From the IMG/VR virus record IMGVR_UViG_2778261530_000011: a stretch of DNA of 38,435 bases, one strand, 5' to 3'. This DNA comes from a virus (taxonomy: Duplodnaviria > Heunggongvirae > Uroviricota > Caudoviricetes). Below, piece after piece: positions 27,059 to 36,961 of the stretch (its first letter is position 1; each line of letters begins with the position of its first letter). The position numbers were made by a program, and so were the translations under genes. Below the pieces are notes generated by a model. It worked only from the letters and a program-made list of their open reading frames with translations, had not been told where the DNA came from and did no database searches.

Positions 27059-28553
27059 TCTTTCACACATTATTGCCGCAGCATTCAATGAACCGCTGCT
27101 TCTGGAGCCCGCCTATGCGCGGGTTTTCTTTTGCGCGCTCGGGCGCGAGATGGGGGCAGCAAGTCTTTCGGTACCACAACAGCAGGTACAGTTTGATGCT
27201 CCCGGAATGCTGGCTGAAACGGACGAGTACATGGCCGGAGGTAAACGACCTGCCCGTGTTTACAGGGTGGTGAACGGTATTGCTGTACTGCCGGTGACCG
27301 GCACGCTGGTGCACCGGCTGGGTGGTATGCGGCCATTTTCCGGAATGACAGGCTATGACGGTATTGTCGCCTGTCTTCAGCAGGCAATGGCGGATAGCCA
27401 GGTGCGGGGCGTACTGCTGGACATTGACAGTCCGGGCGGGCAGGCCGCCGGCGCGTTTGACTGCGCTGACATGATTTACCGCCTCCGTCAGCAGAAGCCG
27501 GTCTGGGCACTGTGCAATGACACGGCCTGTTCTGCAGCCATGCTGCTGGCGTCGGCCTGCTCCCGACGGCTGGTTACCCAGACATCCCGTATCGGTTCCA
27601 TTGGCGTGATGATGAGCCATGTCAGCTATGCCGGTCATCTGGCGCAGGCCGGTGTGGATATCACGCTGATTTACTCAGGGGCGCACAAGGTGGATGGCAA
27701 TCAGTTTGAAGCGTTGCCGGCAGAGGTTCGCCAGGACATGCAGCAGCGGATTGATGCGGCGCGCCGGATGTTTGCCGAAAAAGTGGCGATGTTTACCGGT
27801 CTGTCTGTTGATGCAGTCACGGGAACAGAGGCCGCCGTTTTTGAAGGTCAGTCCGGCATTGAGGCCGGGCTGGCGGATGAATTAATCAATGCGTCGGATG
27901 CCATCAGTGTGATGGCCACGGCGCTGAACAGTAATGTCAGAGGAGGCACTATGCCGCAATTAACTGCAACGGAAGCCGCCGCGCAGGAGAACCAGCGAGT
28001 GATGGGGATCCTGACATGCCAGGAAGCGAAAGGACGTGAACAGCTTGCCACGATGCTGGCAGGACAACAGGGCATGAGCGTTGAACAGGCCCGGGCGATT
28101 CTGGCCGCGGCGGCACCGCAGCAGCCGGTGGCATCCACGCAGAGTGAAGCCGATCGCATTATGGCGTGTGAAGAAGCGAACGGTCGTGAACAACTGGCGG
28201 CAACACTGGCGGCGATGCCGGAGATGACGGTGGAAAAAGCCCGCCCGATCCTGGCTGCTTCACCGCAGGCGGATGCCGGACCATCACTCCGTGATCAGAT
28301 CATGGCACTGGATGAGGCAAAAGGGGCTGAGGTGCAGGCTGAACAGCTGGCTGCCTGCCCGGGAATGACTGTGGAGAGCGCCCGGGCTGTGCTGGCTGCG
28401 GGATCAGGTAAGGCAGAACCGGTCTCTGCATCCACAACCGCCATGTTTGAACATTTCATGGCGAACCATTCACCGGCAGCGGTACAGGGTGGCGTGCCAC
28501 AGACGTCAGCAGATGGTGATGCGGACGTGAAAATGCTCATGGCCATGCCATGA
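27048..28553 (+). CDS. C: Head maturation protease / scaffold (S49 peptidase domain; Nu3-like scaffold region in the C-terminal part)
   Basis: 501 aa lambda gpC homologue with GTG start overlapping B; C-terminal third contains three tandem ~47-aa repeats. Confidence 0.9.
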   Translation: MRRNLSHIIAAAFNEPLLLEPAYARVFFCALGREMGAASLSVPQQQVQFDAPGMLAETDEYMAGGKRPARVYRVVNGIAVLPVTGTLVHRLGGMRPFSGMTGYDGIVACLQQAMADSQVRGVLLDIDSPGGQAAGAFDCADMIYRLRQQKPVWALCNDTACSAAMLLASACSRRLVTQTSRIGSIGVMMSHVSYAGHLAQAGVDITLIYSGAHKVDGNQFEALPAEVRQDMQQRIDAARRMFAEKVAMFTGLSVDAVTGTEAAVFEGQSGIEAGLADELINASDAISVMATALNSNVRGGTMPQLTATEAAAQENQRVMGILTCQEAKGREQLATMLAGQQGMSVEQARAILAAAAPQQPVASTQSEADRIMACEEANGREQLAATLAAMPEMTVEKARPILAASPQADAGPSLRDQIMALDEAKGAEVQAEQLAACPGMTVESARAVLAAGSGKAEPVSASTTAMFEHFMANHSPAAVQGGVPQTSADGDADVKMLMAMP

Positions 28554-28589
28554 AGCCAGTGCTGACCATCAATAGGAGGTTTTTACAAT

Positions 28590-28937
28590 ATGGTGACGAA
28601 AACCATCACTGAACAGCGTGCGGAAGTACGTATTTTTGCCGGTAATGATCCGGCTCATACCGCCACAGGCAGCAGCGGGATTTCCTCGCCAACACCGGCA
28701 CTGACGCCCCTGATGCTGGATGAAGCCACCGGGAAACTGGTGGTCTGGGACGGACAGAAAGCCGGTAGTGCGGTTGGCATACTGGTACTGCCGCTTGACG
28801 GCACAGAGACGGCGCTGACGTATTACAAGTCGGGAACCTTTGCGACGGAGGCAATCCACTGGCCTGAAAGTGTGGATGAACACAAAAAGGCCAACGCCTT
28901 TGCTGGCAGTGCCCTGAGTCACGCGGCGCTGCCGTAA
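28590..28937 (+). CDS. D: Head decoration protein
   Basis: 115 aa lambda gpD homologue; AGGAGG SD. Confidence 0.9.
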   Translation: MVTKTITEQRAEVRIFAGNDPAHTATGSSGISSPTPALTPLMLDEATGKLVVWDGQKAGSAVGILVLPLDGTETALTYYKSGTFATEAIHWPESVDEHKKANAFAGSALSHAALP

Positions 28938-28994
28938 CACGTTATCAGGCCACCGCGGTGGCCTGACTGATTTCTGAATGAAAGGAACTGATTT

Positions 28995-30023
28995 ATGGGA
29001 TTGTTTACGACCCGCCAGTTACTCGGTTATACCGAACAAAAAGTTAAATTTCGTGCGCTGTTTCTGGAGCTGTTTTTCCGCCGTACGGTGAATTTCCATA
29101 CCGAAGAGGTGATGCTGGACAAAATTACCGGAAAAACGCCGGTGGCGGCCTATGTCTCCCCGGTTGTTGAAGGAAAAGTGCTGCGTCATCGTGGTGGTGA
29201 AACCCGCGTGTTGCGTCCGGGCTACGTCAAGCCGAAACATGAATTTAATTACCAGCAGGCGGTTGAGCGCCTTCCTGGTGAAGATCCATCTCAACTGAAT
29301 GATCCGGCTTACCGCCGTCTGCGTATCATTACCGATAACCTCAAACAGGAAGAGCACGCGATTGTCCAGGTGGAAGAAATGCAGGCGGTAAATGCTGTGT
29401 TGTATGGCAAATACACCATGGAAGGAGACCAGTTCGAGAAAATTGAGGTCGATTTTGGCAGGTCGACGAAGAATAACATCACTCAGGGTAGTGGTAAGGA
29501 GTGGTCAAAACAGGATCGTGACACGTTCGATCCTACACATGATATTGACCTCTACTGCGACCAGGCCAGCGGTCTTGTGAATATTGCCATTATGGACGGT
29601 ACCGTCTGGCGTCTTCTGAATGGTTTTAAGCTGTTCCGCGAAAAACTGGATACCCGTCGCGGTTCAAATTCTCAACTCGAAACGGCAGTGAAAGATCTGG
29701 GCGCAGTGGTGTCCTTCAAGGGGTATTACGGCGATCTGGCCATTGTGGTGGCGAAAACGTCTTATATAGCAGAAGACGGTATCGAAAAACGTTATCTTCC
29801 AGATGGCATGCTGGTTCTGGGGAATACTGCTGCAGATGGGATCCGTTGTTACGGTGCCATTCAGGATGCTCAGGCGTTGTCCGAAGGTGTGGTGGCCTCT
29901 TCCCGTTATCCGAAACACTGGCTGACGGTAGGGGATCCCGCCCGTGAATTTACCATGACGCAGTCCGCGCCGCTGATGGTGTTGCCGGACCCGGATGAGT
30001 TTGTGGTGGTACAGGTGAAATAA
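28995..30023 (+). CDS. E: Major capsid protein
   Basis: 342 aa lambda gpE homologue. Confidence 0.95.
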   Translation: MGLFTTRQLLGYTEQKVKFRALFLELFFRRTVNFHTEEVMLDKITGKTPVAAYVSPVVEGKVLRHRGGETRVLRPGYVKPKHEFNYQQAVERLPGEDPSQLNDPAYRRLRIITDNLKQEEHAIVQVEEMQAVNAVLYGKYTMEGDQFEKIEVDFGRSTKNNITQGSGKEWSKQDRDTFDPTHDIDLYCDQASGLVNIAIMDGTVWRLLNGFKLFREKLDTRRGSNSQLETAVKDLGAVVSFKGYYGDLAIVVAKTSYIAEDGIEKRYLPDGMLVLGNTAADGIRCYGAIQDAQALSEGVVASSRYPKHWLTVGDPAREFTMTQSAPLMVLPDPDEFVVVQVK

Positions 30024-30030
30024 TCCGTGA

Positions 30031-30060
30031 GCGGGGGCGAAATGCCCCCGTGTCTTTTTT
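30031..30060 (+). terminator. Rho-independent terminator-like hairpin after the major capsid gene
   Basis: Stem gcgggggc/gcccccg with 5-nt loop followed by TGTCTTTTTT. Confidence 0.55.
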
Positions 30061-30074
30061 CACAGGGGGCTGAT

Positions 30075-30449
30075 ATGGCAACGAAAGAGCAAAATCTGAA
30101 ACGGCTTGATGAACTGGCCCTGATTCTGGGGCGTGAGCCGGATATATCCGGGAGTGCCGCAGAGATAGCGCAGCGGGTGGCAGAATGGGAAGAGGAAATG
30201 CAGTCATCCGGCGATGATGTACAGGTTATGAATATGGATATCCGGGAGCGGGAAACCGCGGCTCATGATGTTCGTGAGGAAACATCCGGCGCGTTAACGC
30301 GCATCAGAGTTCTGACCTGCCTCCATCTCTGTGGCGTTGATGGTGAAACGGGGGAATCCGTTGAGCTTGCGGATGTTGGTCGGGTGATTCTGATTATGTC
30401 CTCAGATGCAAAAACACACGTTGATGGTGGAATGGCTGTTTATGCGTGA
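30075..30449 (+). CDS. FI-position DNA-packaging/head-completion protein (sequence-divergent from lambda FI)
   Basis: ATG at 30075 with GGGGG SD; 124 aa; acidic; occupies the FI slot between E and FII. Confidence 0.55.
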   Translation: MATKEQNLKRLDELALILGREPDISGSAAEIAQRVAEWEEEMQSSGDDVQVMNMDIRERETAAHDVREETSGALTRIRVLTCLHLCGVDGETGESVELADVGRVILIMSSDAKTHVDGGMAVYA

Positions 30450-30795
30450 TTTTCAGAATGCCTTTGATGCCGCCCTTGCCGGGGTGGACAGTACGATTGT
30501 TGAAGTGATGGGCATCAGTGCGCAGTTCACCTCCGGTGCACAGCGTGGCGGCGAGGTTCATGGCGTTTTTGACGATCCGGAGTCGCTGGGTTTTGCCAGT
30601 AGTGGGATCCGTATTGAAGGAAGTAACCCGTCATTATTTGTGCTTACGGATACGGTTTGTGCTGTACGGCGTGGTGACACGCTGACCATTAACGGCGAGA
30701 TGTTCTGGGTGGACCGTGTTTCTCCGGATGACGGAGGGAGTTGTTATCTCTGGCTCAACCGGGGGCAACCACCTGCCGCCAGCCGTCGTCGCTGA
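30442..30795 (+). CDS. FII: Head-tail connector protein
   Basis: 117 aa lambda gpFII homologue (WVDRVSPDDGGSC.LWL). Confidence 0.85.
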   Translation: MRDFQNAFDAALAGVDSTIVEVMGISAQFTSGAQRGGEVHGVFDDPESLGFASSGIRIEGSNPSLFVLTDTVCAVRRGDTLTINGEMFWVDRVSPDDGGSCYLWLNRGQPPAASRRR

Positions 30796-30806
30796 AAGGG
30801 GGATGT

Positions 30807-31385
30807 ATGGCCATACAGGGTCTTGAGCAGGCCGTTGAAAACCTCAGCCGTATCAGCAAAACGGCGGTGCCCGGTGCCGCCGCAATGGCCATTAACCGCG
30901 TTGCTTCATCCGCGATATCGCAGTCGGCGTCACAGGTTGCCCGTGAGACAAAGGTACGCCGGAAACTGGTAAAGGAAAGGGCCAGGCTGAAAAGGGCCAC
31001 GGTCAAAAATCCGCAGGCCAGAATCAAGGTTAACCGGGGGGATTTGCCCGTAATAAAGCTGGGTAACGTGCGGATTGTCCTGTCCCGACGCAGGCGTCGT
31101 AAAAAGGGGCAGCGTTCAGCCCTGAAAGGTGGCGGCAGCGTGCTTGTGGTGGGAAACCGTCGTATTCCCGGCGCGTTTATTCAGCAACTGAAAAATGGCC
31201 GCTGGCATGTCATGCAGCGTGTGGCCGGGAAAAACCGTTACCCCATTGATGTGGTGAAAATCCCGATGGCGGTGCCGCTGACCACGGCGTTTAAACAGAA
31301 TATTGAGCGGATACGGCGTGAGCGTCTTCCGAAAGAGCTGGGCTATGCGCTGCAGCATCAACTGAGGATGGTAATAAAGCGATGA
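30807..31385 (+). CDS. Z: Tail completion protein
   Basis: 192 aa, near-identical to lambda gpZ; the track ORF starts earlier in frame. Confidence 0.9.
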   Translation: MAIQGLEQAVENLSRISKTAVPGAAAMAINRVASSAISQSASQVARETKVRRKLVKERARLKRATVKNPQARIKVNRGDLPVIKLGNVRIVLSRRRRRKKGQRSALKGGGSVLVVGNRRIPGAFIQQLKNGRWHVMQRVAGKNRYPIDVVKIPMAVPLTTAFKQNIERIRRERLPKELGYALQHQLRMVIKR

Positions 31386-31777
31386 AACATACTGAACTCC
31401 GTGCAGCCGTACTGGATGCACTGGAGAAGCATGACACCGGGGCGACGTTTTTTGATGGTCGCCCCGCTGTTTTTGATGAGGCGGATTTTCCGGCAGTTGC
31501 CGTTTATCTCACCGGCGCTGAATACACGGGCGAAGAGCTGGACAGCGATACCTGGCAGGCGGAGCTGCATATCGAAGTTTTCCTGCCTGCTCAGGTGCCG
31601 GATTCAGAGCTGGATTCGTGGATGGAGTCCCGGATTTATCCGGTGATGAGCGATATCCCGGCACTGTCAGATTTGATCACCAGTATGGTGGCCAGTGGCT
31701 ATGACTATCGGCGCGACGATGATGCGGGCCTGTGGAGTTCAGCCGATCTGACTTATGTCATTACCTATGAAATGTGA
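31382..31777 (+). CDS. U: Tail terminator protein
   Basis: 131 aa, near-identical to lambda gpU. Confidence 0.95.
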   Translation: MKHTELRAAVLDALEKHDTGATFFDGRPAVFDEADFPAVAVYLTGAEYTGEELDSDTWQAELHIEVFLPAQVPDSELDSWMESRIYPVMSDIPALSDLITSMVASGYDYRRDDDAGLWSSADLTYVITYEM

Positions 31778-31784
31778 GGACGCT

Positions 31785-32525
31785 ATGCCTGTACCAAATC
31801 CAGTAATGCCGGTGAAAGGTGCCGGGACCACACTGTGGGTTTATAAGGGGAACGGTGACCCTTATGCGAACCCGCTTTCAGACGTTGACTGGTCACGTCT
31901 GGCAAAAGTTAAAGACCTGACGCCCGGCGAACTGACCGCTGAGTCCTATGACGACAGCTATCTCGATGATGAAGATGCGGACTGGACTGCGACCGGACAG
32001 GGGCAAAAATCAGCCGGAGATACCAGCTTCACGCTGGCGTGGATGCCCGGAGAGCAGGGGCAGCAGGCGCTGCTGGCGTGGTTTAATGAAGGCGATACCC
32101 GTGCCTATAAAATCCGCTTCCCGAACGGCACGGTCGATGTGTTCCGTGGCTGGGTCAGCAGTATCGGTAAGGCGGTGACGGCGAAGGAAGTGATCACCCG
32201 CACGGTGAAAGTCACCAATGTGGGACGTCCGTCGATGGCAGAAGATCGCAGCACGGTAACAGCGGCAACCGGCATGACCGTGACGCCTGCCAGCACCTCG
32301 GTGGTGAAAGGGCAGAGCACCACGCTGACCGTGGCCTTCCAGCCGGAGGGCGTAACCGACAAGAGCTTTCGTGCGGTGTCTGCGGATAAAACAAAAGCCA
32401 CCGTGTCGGTCAGTGGTATGACCATCACCGTGAACGGCGTTGCTGCAGGCAAGGTCAACATTCCGGTTGTATCCGGTAATGGTGAGTTTGCTGCGGTTGC
32501 AGAAATTACCGTCACCGCCAGTTAA
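31785..32525 (+). CDS. V: Major tail tube protein
   Basis: 246 aa from ATG 31785 (GAGGA SD), near-identical to lambda gpV including the C-terminal Ig-like domain. Confidence 0.95.
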   Translation: MPVPNPVMPVKGAGTTLWVYKGNGDPYANPLSDVDWSRLAKVKDLTPGELTAESYDDSYLDDEDADWTATGQGQKSAGDTSFTLAWMPGEQGQQALLAWFNEGDTRAYKIRFPNGTVDVFRGWVSSIGKAVTAKEVITRTVKVTNVGRPSMAEDRSTVTAATGMTVTPASTSVVKGQSTTLTVAFQPEGVTDKSFRAVSADKTKATVSVSGMTITVNGVAAGKVNIPVVSGNGEFAAVAEITVTAS

Positions 32526-32540
32526 TCCGGAGAGTCAGCG

Positions 32541-32963
32541 ATGTTCCTGAAAACCGAATCATTTGAACATAACGGTGTGACCGTCACGCTTTCTGAACTG
32601 TCAGCCCTGCAGCGCATTGAGCATCTCGCCCTGATGAAACGGCAGGCAGAACAGGCGGAGTCAGACAGCAACCGGAAGTTTACTGTGGAAGACGCCATCA
32701 GAACCGGCGCGTTTCTGGTGGCGATGTCCCTGTGGCATAACCATCCGCAGAAGACGCAGATGCCGTCCATGAATGAAGCCGTTAAACAGATTGAGCAGGA
32801 AGTGCTTACCACCTGGCCCACGGAGGCAATTTCTCATGCTGAAAACGTGGTGTACCGGCTGTCTGGTATGTATGAGTTTGTGGTGAATAATGCCCCTGAA
32901 CAGACAGAGGACGCCGGGCCCGCAGAGCCTGTTTCTGCGGGAAAGTGTTCGACGGTGAGCTGA
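32541..32963 (+). CDS. G: Tail assembly chaperone G
   Basis: 140 aa lambda gpG homologue. Confidence 0.9.
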   Translation: MFLKTESFEHNGVTVTLSELSALQRIEHLALMKRQAEQAESDSNRKFTVEDAIRTGAFLVAMSLWHNHPQKTQMPSMNEAVKQIEQEVLTTWPTEAISHAENVVYRLSGMYEFVVNNAPEQTEDAGPAEPVSAGKCSTVS

Positions 32964-33379
32964 GTTTTGCCCTGAAACTGGCGCGTGAGATGGGGCGACC
33001 CGACTGGCGTGCCATGCTTGCCGGGATGTCATCCACGGAGTATGCCGACTGGCACCGCTTTTACAGTACCCATTATTTTCATGATGTTCTGCTGGATATG
33101 CACTTTTCCGGGCTGACGTACACCGTGCTCAGCCTGTTTTTCAGCGATCCGGATATGCATCCGCTGGATTTCAGTCTGCTGAACCGGCGCGAGGCTGACG
33201 AAGAGCCTGAAGATGATGTGCTGATGCAGAAAGCGGCAGGGCTTGCCGGAGGCGTCCGCTTTGGCCCGGACGGGAATGAAGTTATCCCCGCTTCCCCGGA
33301 TGTGGCGGACATGACGGAGGATGACGTAATGCTGATGACAGTATCAGAAGGGATCGCAGGAGGAGTCCGGTATGGCTGA
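32541..33379 (+). CDS. T: Tail assembly chaperone G-T fusion produced by programmed -1 ribosomal frameshift
   Basis: Slippery heptamer G-GGA-AAG at 32939-32945 near the end of G; the -1 frame continues as the lambda gpT-like ORF to 33379. Confidence 0.8.
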
Positions 33380-35933
33380 ACCGGTAGGCGATCTGGTCGT
33401 TGATTTGAGTCTGGATGCGGCCAGATTTGACGAGCAGATGGCCAGAGTCAGGCGTCATTTTTCCGGTACGGAAAGTGATGCGAAAAAAACAGCGGCAGTC
33501 GTTGAACAGTCGCTGAGCCGACAGGCGCTGGCTGCACAGAAAGCGGGGATTTCCGTCGGGCAGTATAAAGCCGCCATGCGTATGCTGCCTGCACAGTTCA
33601 CCGACGTGGCCACGCAGCTTGCAGGCGGGCAAAGTCCGTGGCTGATCCTGCTGCAACAGGGGGGGCAGGTGAAGGACTCCTTCGGCGGGATGATCCCCAT
33701 GTTCAGGGGGCTTGCCGGTGCGATCACCCTGCCGATGGTGGGGGCCACCTCGCTGGCGGTGGCGACCGGTGCGCTGGCGTATGCCTGGTATCAGGGCAAC
33801 TCAACCCTGTCCGATTTCAACAAAACGCTGGTCCTTTCCGGCAATCAGGCGGGACTGACGGCAGATCGTATGCTGGTCCTGTCCAGAGCCGGGCAGGCGG
33901 CAGGGCTGACGTTTAACCAGACCAGCGAGTCACTCAGCGCACTGGTTAAGGCGGGGGTAAGCAGTGAGGCTCAGATTGCGTCCATCAGCCAGAGTGTGGC
34001 GCGTTTCTCCTCTGCATCCGGCGTGGAGGTGGACAAGGTCGCTGAAGCCTTCGGGAAGCTGACCACAGACCCGACGTCAGGGCTGACAGCGATGGCACGC
34101 CAGTTCCATAACGTGACGGCGGAGCAGATTGCGTATGTTGCTCAGTTGCAGCGTTCCGGCGATGAAGCCGGGGCATTGCAGGCGGCGAACGAGGCCGCAA
34201 CGAAAGGGTTTGATGACCAGACCCGCCGCCTGAAAGAGAACATGGGCACGCTGGAGACCTGGGCAGACAGGACAGCACGGGCATTCAAATCCATGTGGGA
34301 TGCGGTGCTGGATATTGGTCGTCCTGATACCGCGCAGGAGATGCTGATTAAGGCAGAGGCTGCGTTTAAGAAAGCAGACGACATCTGGAATCTGCGCAAG
34401 GATGATTATTTTGTTAACGATGAAGCGCGGGCGCGTTACTGGGATGATCGTGAAAAGGCCCGTCTTGCGCTTGAAGCCGCCCGAAAGAAGGCTGAGCAGC
34501 AGACTCAACAGGACAAAAATGCGCAGCAGCAGAGCGATACCGAAGCGTCACGGCTGAAATATACCGAAGAGGCGCAGAAGGCTTACGAACGGCTGCAGAC
34601 GCCGCTGGAGAAATATACCGCCCGTCAGGAAGAACTGAACAAGGCACTGAAAGACGGGAAAATCCTGCAGGCGGATTACAACACGCTGATGGCGGCGGCG
34701 AAAAAGGATTATGAAGCGACGCTGAAAAAGCCGAAACAGTCCGGCGTGAAGGTGTCTGCGGGCGATCGTCAGGAAGACAGTGCTCATGCTGCCCTGCTGA
34801 CGCTTCAGGCAGAACTCCGGACGCTGGAGAAGCATGCCGGAGCAAATGAGAAAATCAGCCAGCAGCGCCGGGATTTGTGGAAGGCGGAGAGTCAGTTCGC
34901 GGTACTGGAGGAGGCGGCGCAACGTCGCCAGCTGTCTGCACAGGAGAAATCCCTGCTGGCGCATAAAGATGAGACGCTGGAGTACAAACGCCAGCTGGCT
35001 GCACTTGGCGACAAGGTTACGTATCAGGAGCGCCTGAACGCGCTGGCGCAGCAGGCGGATAAATTCGCACAGCAGCAACGGGCAAAACGGGCCGCCATTG
35101 ATGCGAAAAGCCGGGGGCTGACTGACCGGCAGGCAGAACGGGAAGCCACGGAACAGCGCCTGAAGGAACAGTATGGCGATAATCCGCTGGCGCTGAATAA
35201 CGTCATGTCAGAGCAGAAAAAGACCTGGGCGGCTGAAGACCAGCTTCGCGGGAGCTGGATGGCAGGCCTGAAGTCCGGCTGGAGTGAGTGGGAAGAGAGC
35301 GCCACGGACAGTATGTCGCAGGTTAAAAGTGCAGCCACGCAGACCTTTGATGGTATTGCACAGAATATGGCGGCGATGCTGACCGGCAGTGAGCAGAACT
35401 GGCGCAGCTTTACCCGTTCCGTGCTGTCCATGATGACAGAAATTCTGCTTAAGCAGGCAATGGTGGGGATTGTCGGGAGTATCGGCAGCGCCATTGGCGG
35501 GGCTGTTGGTGGCGGCGCATCAGCGTCAGGCGGTACAGCCATTCAGGCCGCTGCGGCGAAATTCCATTTTGCGACCGGGGGATTTACGGGAACCGGCGGC
35601 AAATATGAGCCAGCGGGGATTGTTCACCGTGGTGAATTTGTCTTCACGAAGGAGGCAACCAGCCGGATTGGCGTGGGGAATCTCTACCGGCTGATGCGCG
35701 GCTATGCCACCGGTGGTTATGTCGGTGGCACCGGAAGTCCGGCGCAAATGCGGCGTTCAGAGGGTATCAGGTTTGAGCAGAACAACAACGTGGTGATTCA
35801 GAACGACGGTACGAATGGTCTGCCAGGTCCACAGATGATGAAAGCAGTGTATGACATGGCCCGCAAGGGTGCCCGTGATGAAATTCAGACACAGATGCGT
35901 GATGGTGGCCTGTTCTCCGGAGGTGGACGATGA
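33372..35933 (+). CDS. H: Tail tape-measure protein
   Basis: 853 aa lambda gpH homologue. Confidence 0.95.
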   Translation: MAEPVGDLVVDLSLDAARFDEQMARVRRHFSGTESDAKKTAAVVEQSLSRQALAAQKAGISVGQYKAAMRMLPAQFTDVATQLAGGQSPWLILLQQGGQVKDSFGGMIPMFRGLAGAITLPMVGATSLAVATGALAYAWYQGNSTLSDFNKTLVLSGNQAGLTADRMLVLSRAGQAAGLTFNQTSESLSALVKAGVSSEAQIASISQSVARFSSASGVEVDKVAEAFGKLTTDPTSGLTAMARQFHNVTAEQIAYVAQLQRSGDEAGALQAANEAATKGFDDQTRRLKENMGTLETWADRTARAFKSMWDAVLDIGRPDTAQEMLIKAEAAFKKADDIWNLRKDDYFVNDEARARYWDDREKARLALEAARKKAEQQTQQDKNAQQQSDTEASRLKYTEEAQKAYERLQTPLEKYTARQEELNKALKDGKILQADYNTLMAAAKKDYEATLKKPKQSGVKVSAGDRQEDSAHAALLTLQAELRTLEKHAGANEKISQQRRDLWKAESQFAVLEEAAQRRQLSAQEKSLLAHKDETLEYKRQLAALGDKVTYQERLNALAQQADKFAQQQRAKRAAIDAKSRGLTDRQAEREATEQRLKEQYGDNPLALNNVMSEQKKTWAAEDQLRGSWMAGLKSGWSEWEESATDSMSQVKSAATQTFDGIAQNMAAMLTGSEQNWRSFTRSVLSMMTEILLKQAMVGIVGSIGSAIGGAVGGGASASGGTAIQAAAAKFHFATGGFTGTGGKYEPAGIVHRGEFVFTKEATSRIGVGNLYRLMRGYATGGYVGGTGSPAQMRRSEGIRFEQNNNVVIQNDGTNGLPGPQMMKAVYDMARKGARDEIQTQMRDGGLFSGGGR

Positions 35934-36259
35934 AAACCTTCCGCTGGAAAGTGAAACCCGGTATGGATGTGGCTTCGGCCCCTTCTGTAAGAAAGGTGCG
36001 CTTTGGTGATGGCTATTCCCAGCGAGCGCCTGCCGGGCTGAATGCCAACCTGAAAACGTACAGCGTGACGCTTTCTGTCCCCCGTGAGGAGGCCACGGTA
36101 CTGGAGTCGTTTCTGGAAGAGCACGGGGGCTGGAAATCCTTTCTGTGGACGCCGCCTTATGAGTGGCGGCAGATAAAGGTGACCTGCGCAAAATGGTCGT
36201 CGCGGGTCAGTATGCTGCGTGTTGAGTTCAGCGCAGAGTTTGAACAGGTGGTGAACTGA
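35930..36259 (+). CDS. M: Minor tail protein M
   Basis: 109 aa lambda gpM homologue. Confidence 0.9.
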   Translation: MKTFRWKVKPGMDVASAPSVRKVRFGDGYSQRAPAGLNANLKTYSVTLSVPREEATVLESFLEEHGGWKSFLWTPPYEWRQIKVTCAKWSSRVSMLRVEFSAEFEQVVN

Positions 36260-36957
36260 TGCAGGATATCCGGCAGGAAACACTGAATGAATGCACCCGT
36301 GCGGAGCAGTCGGCCAGCGTGGTGCTCTGGGAAATCGACCTGACAGAGGTCGGTGGAGAACGTTATTTTTTCTGTAATGAGCAGAACGAAAAAGGTGAGC
36401 CGGTCACCTGGCAGGGGCGACAGTATCAGCCGTATCCCATTCAGGGGAGCGGTTTTGAACTGAACGGCAAGGGCAGTGCTGCCCGTCCGACACTGACGGT
36501 CTCTAACCTGTACGGCATGGTCACCGGGATGGCGGAAGATCTGCAGAGTCTGGTCGGCGGAACGGTGGTCCGGCGTAAGGTTTACGCCCGTTTTCTGGAT
36601 GCGGTGAACTTCGTCAACGGAAACAGTGACGCCGATCCGGAGCAGGAGGTGATCAGCCGCTGGTGCATTGAGCAGTGCAGCGAACTGAGCGCGGTGAGTG
36701 CCTCTTTTGTACTGTCCACGCCGACGGAAACGGACGGCGCTGTTTTTCCGGGACGTATCATGCTGGCCAACACCTGCACCTGGACCTATCGCGGTGATGA
36801 GTGCGGTTATCACGGTCCGGCTGTCGCGGATGAATATGACCAGCCAACATCCGATATCACGAAAGATAAATGCAGCAAATGCCTGAGTGGCTGTAAGTTT
36901 CGCAATAACGTCGGCAACTTTGGCGGCTTCCTTTCCATTAACAAACTTTCGCAGTAA
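36259..36957 (+). CDS. L: Minor tail protein L
   Basis: 232 aa lambda gpL homologue with conserved Cys cluster. Confidence 0.9.
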   Translation: MQDIRQETLNECTRAEQSASVVLWEIDLTEVGGERYFFCNEQNEKGEPVTWQGRQYQPYPIQGSGFELNGKGSAARPTLTVSNLYGMVTGMAEDLQSLVGGTVVRRKVYARFLDAVNFVNGNSDADPEQEVISRWCIEQCSELSAVSASFVLSTPTETDGAVFPGRIMLANTCTWTYRGDECGYHGPAVADEYDQPTSDITKDKCSKCLSGCKFRNNVGNFGGFLSINKLSQ

Positions 36958-36961
36958 ACCC

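Noticed and set aside
33455-35747. Multiple 60-180 aa ORFs on both strands inside the tape-measure gene H
   Set aside because: All are nested in the 853-aa gpH homologue and have Ala/Arg/Pro-rich translations typical of out-of-frame GC-rich sequence.
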